In this document: positions 12,962 through 21,737 of the stretch, one piece after another
Numbering within the stretch: position 1 is the stretch's first letter
Layout of the letters: every line of letters begins with the position of its first letter
Assembly (NCBI GenBank): GCA_030324005.1
Contig: JARDVH010000031.1
Span: 63,942,964-64,006,963, forward strand
Length of the DNA stretch: 64,000 nt
DNA from: Negaprion brevirostris
Taxonomy: Eukaryota
Reading direction: 5' to 3'
Program-made: the position numbers and the translations under genes
Notes under the pieces: generated by a model
The model's input: the letters and a program-made list of their open reading frames with translations, nothing else
What the model was told of the DNA's origin: nothing
Database searches by the model: none

Positions 12962-13988
12962 CACATCTATTTCAGACTACTGATGAGCTTGTTGCCAGAG
13001 AAGCCCAACTCCTCCTATTTTCTGGATCATTCAGTTTCGAAATTTGCAAGTACTGCCCTAGTTCCAGTAAAGTGGTTCTGCTCGACTGGCTTCAAACATT
13101 TAAGGATCCTTCTGAGTGACAGATGCCTGCATTGTCGTCTATGCGCAACTTCTGGGCTTGGAAAGTTTGTTCCAAGCTCTGCACAGGGAATGAGCTTCCT
13201 TTTATTTTTCTGTACTATTCTGTCAAAAACATTGACTTTTCTGGCCAGCCTGTGCTGACCACCAACCAGTAATTTCCCAAGTTGCCATTATTTACAGAAT
13301 TTCTAGCTGTTCTATTTCATTGTCTGGGCTACGACTCAAGTTTCTTGCCCATTGATTATCCAAAGGTAATTTTTATTACAAGTAGTAGCTAGGAGTCTAT
13401 CTAATCAGAGCATTAAGGCCAATTGTGTAATAGGAAGGCATCAGTCTTCAGCCATTCTACTGGAAACATCGTTGGTTCATCTGGAATTGAAAGCGCATCT
13501 GTTGTCAGTTGCAAAGGTGTCAGTGTCAACTTAAAAACCACACTACTTTTGCTGACCGGAAAGCATTTTGCAGGTCAGTAAATAACTGCACAATGTACGC
13601 AGATGAGTGTCCGCTTCTCCTGGTGCTTCCACAAAGTCTGTTTATTTTAAGACAGTCATATTCCCAGCATTGCAGCCTCAGATAGCAAAGTCTCATGGTA
13701 CTTTCTGACAGATCAAAGCCAATCATTTCAGTAATGGCTGATGACATCCTAGTTTATCTGAAAGCACACCATACAAAGGCTCTTGTCAGAAGAATAATTT
13801 GGGCACAATGTCAGTGCACTGCTGGTGTTTGGAGAAGTCTTGAGGGTGTCCTACATAGATCCTAGCTAGTGTTGTGGATTTTGGCTGTTGGTTACCCAAC
13901 TTTCCATGAAAAAGAGAACTTACCCTGATCGCTTGGAGGAGTTGGGCTTCTCTGGCAACAAGCTCATCAGTAGTCTGAAATAGATGTG
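12962..13988. repeat. Perfect 54-bp inverted repeat pair (12962-13015 / 13935-13988)
   Basis: cacatctatttcagactactgatgagcttgttgccagagaagcccaactcctcc and its exact reverse complement. Confidence 0.9.
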
Positions 13989-14149
13989 AGAAATAACCTG
14001 TTCTTGGTTGCAAGAGTTATGCCCAGCTTTGCACTTCTCTCAGCATCAACATCTGATTAATACACCTAACTAAACCCTGGCACTCTTCCAAAAGTAAATA
14101 TGTTAGGATTAATAGATCTTGATCTCTAGTTCATCTGAATTTTTTAAAC

Positions 14150-14745
14150 TTCATTTACTGGACATAGACATTGCTAGCTAGGCCAGCATTTATTGCTCAT
14201 CCTTAATTGCACTTAAGGTGATGGTGAGCTGCAGTGCTGTGTTGTAGGTACACCCAAAGTGTGGTTGGAGAGGGAATTCCAGGATCTTGACCCAGCAACA
14301 GTGAAGAAATGGCAATACATTTCCAAATCAGAATAATGTGTGAGGGGCTTGGAGGGGGTCGTCTTGGTGGTGGTGTTCCTATGTGTCTGCTACCCATGTC
14401 CAAGGTGGTAACAGTCATGTGTTTGGATGGTGCTGCTTAAGGAGCCTTGGTGAGTTTCTGCAATGATTCTTGAAAATGCTATGCACTGCTGTCACTTCGT
14501 CAGTGGTGGAGGGAGGAAATGTTTGTGAGTGGGGAGCCAGAGGGATGATATTGAGTTTTTTGTGGCGAAGTGGAGCTGCACTCATCCAGGAAATGGACAG
14601 CATTGTCAGACGACAGGCTTTGGGGAGTCGGGAGTTGTTAGGCACTGCAGGATGCCAAGTGCCTGACCTGCTTTTATAGCCACAGAATTTATATGACAAT
14701 TTCACTTTCTGGTCAGTGGTACTCCCCCAGGATGTTGGTAGCACT
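14150..14745 (-). mobile_element. Old LINE 3' fragment (L2/CR1 clade)
   Basis: 'gccagcatttattgctcatccttaattg…ggtgagctg' terminus shared with the copy at 34435-35290. Confidence 0.55.
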
Positions 14746-15377
14746 TGATGAAAGCAAGTTGCAAGACTTCGAACAGATTTTTTTAAATGGTTTTTGATGC
14801 TTCACCTGGTGTGTCTTACTATGATATTTCTGCCTGGTGGACTCTTCATCCTTCCAATGATGCACATTTGCCTGTCATATTTTTCATTGGGATATGTGTA
14901 TCTCTTTTGAGATTGGAATTTTATTGCTCATCATTAGCTGTCGTTGAGTAGGTAGTGGTGGACTACCTTCTGCAATGGTGAAGATAGTCCCTCTGTTGTT
15001 ACATGGCTGTATCATCCATGAGCGCTGTTTGGGGAAGCTGGGCAGAAAGGTTAGTGTTCAGTGGCTTTGATTGAGAGTGCCGTTTTGTTACAAGACTGAA
15101 GTGCACAAGCAAGACTCATGTAACATTGCCGATTTATAAAATCATGCTGCTTTCATTTATGCAGTACATTCTTACCAGAGACCAACTTGCTCTGCTTTTT
15201 AAAATGAGCTTTAATTTCCTTTAATTATAAAAGTTTAATTTTAATCATACTGTTTTAGTTGTCTGCTGTTTGAGGTCTAGTGGTTTTTATCCCTTACCTC
15301 TTAAAAGTATATAAATTCCTATTGTAATACTGCTTTATAAATGAATTGGAATTAATTGAATTGGTTTAACTTTGCAG

Positions 15378-15440
15378 GTTTTGAGATTACTATAGAACAC
15401 CCTCATACTGATGTGGTGAAATGTACCCAGTTAGTGAGAG
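15378..15440 (+). CDS. CCNT2: Cyclin T2 exon 5 (63 nt)
   Basis: (G)FEITIEHPHTDVVKCTQLVR; cag acceptor, gtgagt donor. Confidence 0.97.
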
Positions 15441-15601
15441 GTGAGTTTTCCATATTTAATAGTAAATATACATTGGTCAGTGAAGTTCTGTGTTCAGTGA
15501 ATAATTACTATGCTCACTAAGTTTAGTGAATTATATCCAAAGATATTAAACTGTTGTCCTTAGTTTTTCCTTTGGCTAATTCTGTTTTATTTTTATTGCA
15601 G

Positions 15602-15647
15602 CAAGCAAGGATTTGGCACAGACATCCTATTTCATGGCTACCAACAG
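15602..15647 (+). CDS. CCNT2: Cyclin T2 exon 6 (46 nt)
   Basis: (A)SKDLAQTSYFMATN(S); cag acceptor, weak donor AG|GTTGTT. Confidence 0.95.
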
Positions 15648-15790
15648 GTTGTTATCCTGACCCTCTTTGTTGCAGTTTCAGGCACACTATTGCTTCCCTT
15701 ACTGCAGGGCCCCCTAACAAGTGTCTCAAGCCCTTGTTGCAACAGAGAAATGTCCTTTCATCTGCAATGATGGTATCTCTCTGTTTGCAG

Positions 15791-15971
15791 TGCGGTGTAC
15801 TGTACAAGGGTATTTTGGGCACTAAGGGGTTAAATGCACAATGAGAAGTGTAGTGGTGCTCTCTGGTTACATTAACTCGATTCTGAGTGCATAACTCTAA
15901 AAATTGGTAGCCTGAATAGCAACTAAAGATTACAAAGAGATAAACTTAACCTAGAATTCACAAGCATCATG
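15791..15971 (+). other. Candidate poison (PTC-containing) cassette exon in CCNT2 intron 6
   Basis: Acceptor ctctctgtttgcag|, donor ATG|GTAAGT; in-frame TAA at 15831-15833 when joined to exon 6. Confidence 0.5.
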
Positions 15972-17051
15972 GTAAGTATGAAAGCATTTAACATTTTTAC
16001 ACTTCTCGTTGAATTGCAAAATTTAATTTTTCCAAAATTAATTTGATTTTTGCTAACAACATTTTGATGTTTTCAGATTTAAACTTTGCAGCACGTTTTA
16101 AGAACTGCAAGTTGTTGGGTTGTACTTCCAGTTGCAATGGAAATTATTCAGTGACCTCCTGAAACTAACTGGAGGTACCAAATGTGGGTAATAGAAAAGT
16201 TGATATCGCAGGTTCTGCTGAATAAATTTATTCAAGTACAATAATTAGGTTTTCATGAGTAGTGCAGAAAACATTTTAGTTAACTTAATTAACAAATTGA
16301 AATTAGTGTTAATATCAATATCACTAATTAGCTACTCATTGATAGTTACACCTTGTATAACTTATTGTAAAATTGCCTAAAATATAGTTCGGAAACTGGG
16401 GGGGATGGATGTAGAAACTAGAACAGATCATATATTTTGGTGGTGTTTGGCGGGTCTGGATTTTATGCAAACCCGCATGCAAAAAAAGTATAAATAACCA
16501 ATGCACATTTTTTAAAATTAAAATGACATCCATGTTGACTTAATCTCTGAACTTGCAAAAATATTTGACTGTAACAATTTTCCTTACCAGATAGCTGTTC
16601 TAAATTTCAGTGGTGATTCAGGAATTGGCACCTTCTTTGCCAAGGAAAACTTGTTAAAGATCATGAACATTGCTACTAAGAATAATATAATTTATCACCA
16701 CTGATAAATATTGAGTTGTTCGTGACTAGATTTTTTGCCTTGTAAAAGGGGCATCTTAAAACTTGAACGACCTAGTAAGGAACATGGTGGATACTAGCTT
16801 GACATGAATTTTTCATTAAGCCAATGTACAATGGTATATATACTACCTCCATTAGGCGTATATTTGCAACATGTTTGGCCATACTCAATCTGGAGAAAAC
16901 CCATTTTCAGCTTTGTGCTGGAAGTGTGACCCACCTTCTGCAGATATTGATGTCTGTCTTTTCACTCAACAACTAAAAAGCTTCCTTTTTTTTTGTCTCC
17001 TTTTGTATTTTTTTTCCATGATCCGTCGATCATCAATATGCTCCACTACAG

Positions 17052-17215
17052 TTTGCACCTGACAACATTTTGCTTGCAATACAAGCCTACCGTGATAGCA
17101 TGCGTGTGTATTCATCTGGCTTGCAAGTGGTCCAACTGGGAGATACCTGTATCCACAGATGGCAAACATTGGTGGGAATATGTGGATCCATCTGTAACTC
17201 TGGAATTACTTGATG
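17052..17215 (+). CDS. CCNT2: Cyclin T2 exon 7 (164 nt)
   Basis: [54 protein letters not shown]; cag acceptor, gttagt donor. Confidence 0.98.
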
Positions 17216-17484
17216 GTTAGTTGTAAATTTACAGATGAAGTAAGATTTGTAGTCTTTGTTTTGGTAATACAGGGCTATGTAGTGAAACAGGATAATATTT
17301 ATGCACTAGAGCTGTGTAGTAAACTAATTTTGTGCTGTGTTGTAGCGAGTGCTGTATTATCATTGACCTTGATACACATTGGGTGGGACTTTACGGCCTC
17401 GCTTGCCCCTAGACTGGAAAATCCTGCCCAAGGTCAACGGACCTTTCCGTTGTCTGCCCCTTGTCCATGCCGATTCCTTTGGTG

Positions 17485-17625
17485 ATGTGGATATGCTGGC
17501 GTTGGACTGGGGTAAACACAGTAAAAAGTCTGACAACACCAGGTTTAAGTCCAACGTATCAAATAAATCAACTATTAAATAAATCGGTTGGACTTAAACC
17601 TGGTGTTGTCAGACTTTTTACTGTG
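17485..17625. mobile_element. Short palindromic insertion with 39-bp perfect arms and a 12-bp target-site duplication
   Basis: Arms 17517-17555 and 17587-17625 are exact reverse complements; attcctttggtg at 17473-17484 and 17626-17637. Confidence 0.85.
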
Positions 17626-18196
17626 ATTCCTTTGGTGGGCAGGGCAGTAGAATTCCAGCGTATATCTGTCTCTTCCCACCCTAATCATGCTGAACAATGG
17701 TGAGGAAGATCAGTAATTTGTGTTAACAGAATGATTTGGGAAGGTCTTCAGGCAGTAAAGCACTGAAACTATCTTAGTTTGTTTTTCTTTCAGAGAATGT
17801 AGAATATTTTGTACAGAAAACGATTCTGAAAAATTGTTTCTCCAAATTATGCATTTTATTTTTCTGCCTTTCCACATGGGTGAAATTGAAAAAGCAAACT
17901 TGGGGAATATTTTCCAGGATTGTACTAATCACATTGTTGTCTAAGAATAGTATGGTACCATTGTAACTGTCTCCTACTAGAAATTCCAAAAGGATTTGAT
18001 AATTGAAAACAAACCTACAAAATGGGACAAGTTGAAGTTCTTTTCAAAATTAGTCTCCCAAAAAAATTGGATTCTGTTACTGGTATAATATTGTATCCTC
18101 ATTTAAAACATTGCTAAAAAATGCAGTGGTATGTCTAAGTTCCTGTTTAGCACCAAATTCTTGGACCTGGAAACTCTTAAAATTGTGAACGTTGTG

Positions 18197-18600
18197 TAGA
18201 ATCCCTACAGTGCAAGAGGAGGCCATTTGGCCCATCAAGCCTGCACTGACAACAATCCCACCCAGTCTCCATCCCTGCAACCCCACAAATTTACCCTGTT
18301 AATCCCCCTGATACTAAAGGCAATTTAGCATGGCCAGTAAACCTAACCATTACATCTTTGGACTACAGGCGGAAACTGGAACACCCAGAAGAAATCCACG
18401 CAGATACGGGTCCTCTGGTTTTCTCCCACGCTTCAAAGATGTGCAGGTTACGTTGTTTGGCCATGCTAAATTCCCTTTAGTGTCAGGGGGATTAGCAGGG
18501 AAAATTTGTGGGGTTGCAGGGATGGAGCCTGGGTGGGATTGTTGCTGCAGGTTCGATGGGCTGAATAATCTCCCCCTGAACTGTCAGGATTCCATGGACT
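18197..18600. mobile_element. Fold-back pair of HE1/V-SINE 3' halves (minus then plus)
   Basis: V-SINE body 'ccaaagatgt…ggccatgctaaatt…ttagtgtc' present in both orientations, joined near 18405. Confidence 0.8.
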
Positions 18601-18754
18601 AGTTAATAAAAGAATTCCAGCAAGAATTGTATTCAACATAACTTTTAAGAAAATGATTATGGTAAGTTTTTAGTAAGTGTATTTCAAAGAATATATGAAT
18701 GGTTGCCAGAATTATTTTCCATGACTTGACCTTTATTTTAAATTTTATTTGCAG

Positions 18755-18825
18755 AGTTAACACACGAATTTCTGCAAATACTCGAGAAAACTCCAAGCAG
18801 ATTGAAGAGGATACGAAACTGGCGG
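18755..18825 (+). CDS. CCNT2: Cyclin T2 exon 8 (71 nt)
   Basis: (E)[23 protein letters not shown]; cag acceptor, gtaaag donor. Confidence 0.97.
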
Positions 18826-18940
18826 GTAAAGCTTTTGGTTTTCAATGTTGATTTAAGTTGTCTTATTTTTTATTGTTACTGTAACAATGAAAAATGAAAA
18901 AGAAGTGTATTAGCTTCATTTCTGTTTCTTTCCTTTACAG

Positions 18941-20383
18941 GCTAACCAAGCTGCAAAGAAACCAAAAATAGATGGCCAGATAGCTGATAATGTTCTTCCT
19001 GGTTCATCTGGGCCCCATGAATCTACGTGTTCTATTGGTGGTGATCCTGGTTCAAGTGCAAATTTTCCTAAATCAAATTCCACAACTGTCCTACCTGCAT
19101 CCTTGAACTCTGGTAGTATTTCAATTCCAGTGCACGTCCCTGAAATGATGGCTACTACATCATTCAGTTCTACCTCCCAACAAGAGTGGCCTCAGCATCC
19201 ACACCAGAGCATGGAGCAAGTTCAGTCCCACAAACAAGATCTATCCATATCTGTCAACAAAAATGATATGATCTGCATTCAGCAGTCAACCTCTGGACAG
19301 TTAACTCAAAGCCATCATCGATCTGAAAAAGGTTCAGGACATTCGTCCAGTAAACATGAACATCTTAAATCTGGTAATGGCAAACATCATGGATTCCCTC
19401 TTCCATCTGTTCCAGCTCCTCAAAAATTAGCTTTGGACAGATATAGAGAGAAATTTGCTGCGGAACTTGCAGTACAGAAACGCAAATTAGAAACATTGGA
19501 GTCTGATGTGAAAGAACAATATGCCTCTGCTGCACAAGCCCTGGTAGAACAACAGAAGAAGCGTGTGCCAGCACAGCAGCAAATTCAGCATAATAGTAAT
19601 GCTGTGACTTCACCAATTAAAATGAAAATCCCAATTTCATCTGAAAAATCAGAGAGGCATGCAGCAGATAAGAAGGAAAAGGGTTTGCTTAAATTAAGGA
19701 TACCCATCCCACCCACAGAAAAGGCTTCTAAAGATGAGCTGAAAATGAAAATTAAAGTTCCCTCCTCTGAAAGACATAGCTCCTCTGATGAGGGCAGTGG
19801 TAAGAGTAAGCACACAAGTCCACACGCAGGCAAGGAACACAAGGAGAAACGCAAGGACCATTCTTCTCACCATCATCACCATAGTAGCAGCCATAAGTAT
19901 TCGCATAGCAGCAGCAGTAGTGGGAGTAGTAGACACGGTATTGATGGATCGAAAGGAGGAACTTTGCGGAGTCCCGTAGGTCTGAGCGGTGATGGCAGTT
20001 CCACTGGCTCCAGCTCTTCACGCAAGAGGGCGCACGCCAGTGATACCTCTCACAACCACCATCCCAAAATGAGCAAAACCTCCAAGACTGCAGGTACTTC
20101 ATCTAGCTCTTCTTCCTCTTCCTCTTCTTCTTCCTCCTCTGTGAAGCAGTATATATACCCTTACAACTTAATTCTTAACCTTCCCTCCTCCCCTCCTCCC
20201 ACTGTCACATACCAGGTGGGCTATGGACAACTCAGCACCCTCATGAAACTGGATAGGAAACCTACAGAGGCCAACGGTCACAACGCCAATCCAGAATACA
20301 ATGCAAACAGCCAGCACATGGACTACAAAGATACTTACGATATGCTGGAGTCACTCTTAAGTGCTCAAGGAGTGAACATGTAG
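18941..20383 (+). CDS. CCNT2: Cyclin T2 last coding exon (T2b-type C-terminus; coiled coil, His-rich and Ser-rich regions)
   Basis: ANQAAKKPKIDG…SPIKMKIP…LKLRIPIPP…ELKMKIKV…ERHSSSDEGSGKSKH…HHHHH…MDYKDTYDMLESLLSAQGVNM*. The C-terminus is diagnostic for CCNT2 rather than CCNT1. Exons total 2214 nt (737 aa). Confidence 0.97.
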   Translation, partial: ANQAAKKPKIDGQIADNVLPGSSGPHESTCSIGGDPGSSANFPKSNSTTVLPASLNSGSISIPVHVPEMMATTSFSSTSQQEWPQHPHQSMEQVQSHKQDLSISVNKNDMICIQQSTSGQLTQSHHRSEKGSGHSSSKHEHLKSGNGKHHGFPLPSVPAPQKLALDRYREKFAAELAVQKRKLETLESDVKEQYASAAQALVEQQKKRVPAQQQIQHNSNAVTSPIKMKIPISSEKSERHAADKKEKGLLKLRIPIPPTEKASKDELKMKIKVPSSERHSSSDEGSGKSKHTSPHAGKEHKEKRKDHSSHHHHHSSSHKYSHSSSSSGSSRHGIDGSKGGTLRSPVGLSGDGSSTGSSSSRKRAHASDTSHNHHPKMSKTSKTAGTSSSSSSSSSSSSSSVKQYIYPYNLILNLPSSPPPTVTYQVGYGQLSTLMKLDRKPTEANGHNANPEYNANSQHMDYKDTYDMLESLLSAQGVNM

Positions 20384-21653
20384 CCGTAATTCGCAGCCTG
20401 TGTTTGAAGTTGGAATTCTACTCCCTCTTAATCCAGTTGTGACAAAAGTCATTGCTGCCACTGCTTCCATCAGATCTGAATGCTGCTTCCCCATTCTCCA
20501 CTTTGAAAAGGAGATTAGCGTAAGCATAATCAGAGGTGAATGTTGAAAGGGTTGTGCTCTACGTAGTATTATTACATACTGTAACTTCTAGCATGAAATG
20601 TGCATATTTAATTTTGCCGATATTTCAGCAATTGAAAATTAAAGATGGCAGACTGCTGCTTGTGAAGGTTTAATGCCTAATGTGTTGTGCACATTGATAA
20701 TGTGGCAGTTTATGTTGGCTTTGCAATTTGTCAAAGCCTATGTTCACATTGCCACATCTTTCAAAAGAGTGCAATTCTTTTCAAAATTTCATTTGTCCTT
20801 TTATTGTATGGTGATTTTGCATGTTTCTAGGACAAAAGGGATGTAAAATGGACATTAGAGACAACTGTATTAGTTTACCAGAAAGTGGAGAAAAATGTAC
20901 ATACATTTTTGTATGTTTAGATGTACTATGAATACTCAGGTTTGGAGCTGCTTGTAAGTATAAAAAGTTTAAAAAAAAAGAGAGGTTTACATATGACTGA
21001 CTTTGCTATAAAGTGCATTTAACAATTTCCATGGCTTGTTGAAGTAATTTACCCAGGCACCGTGCTGTTTCTTGATTACATTGGGTTATTAATGTAACAT
21101 TAAAAAATTGTCGCAACTCATGTAGGAGAAGTTAAATCACAAGTATAATAGCTGTATTTTTTTAGGTTAGCTCTTTAAGTATTACTTTAAATACATCTTA
21201 ATCTACAGGGATCAAGTGTCAATCAGCATCTTAACTTTCCAGCTTCTGTATGCTTCGATTATAAAGTAAATGGAACAAGTTATTGTTAATGATGTGATTT
21301 CTTTTTCAGGCAAATATATATATATAGGTTTGCAGTCAACTACACAAGTAAAGATATCTTAAAAAGGTATTATCTGACCTTTACGACTGATAGAAGCACC
21401 AAAATAGTACTGTTGAAAATTATAGCATACATCTTAATTATTGTAATTACAGAAGACACTAACTATTTTGTGTGTGGGGACAATGCAAGAATAACCTCCA
21501 AGGTGGTCTGGTCTTGAGAACTGATCTGTATGTTTTTGATCTTAGGCATTTGAAACTAAGGCATCCTTCAAGACATGATAATATAAAAACAAATTGCTGT
21601 TGGTGGTCAGATATTACCTTCTTAAAATTGAACATTTCTTAGTTGAATTCATC

Positions 21654-21737
21654 AATAAATGTGATAGTTATTCACGTTGTTTCCTGTAGTCTTTCTTTGC
21701 TTTGTCATGAATAATGTTGCATCATTCAAATAATAAA
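21654..21737 (+). terminator. Candidate CCNT2 polyadenylation signals
   Basis: AATAAA at 21654-21659 and 21732-21737, about 1.3 kb after the stop; the first is followed by GU/U-rich sequence. More distal sites are possible. Confidence 0.5.

Noticed and set aside
12980-13010. CTGATGAG followed by a short stem, hammerhead-ribozyme-like
   Set aside because: The stem is followed by CCAA rather than the required GAAA, and no stems I/III are evident.
15648-15660. TATCCT shortly after the exon 6 donor (gttgttatcctga), reminiscent of a U12 donor
   Set aside because: It is offset from the splice site, and there is no U12 branch sequence at the exon 7 acceptor.
16062-16190. Second possible cassette exon in intron 6 (ttttcag acceptor at 16076)
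   Set aside because: Only weak downstream donors; nothing else supports it.
19365-20102. Antisense ORFs over the last CCNT2 exon (and 55065-55409 over MAP3K19)
   Set aside because: Shadow ORFs of real coding sequence with biased codons.
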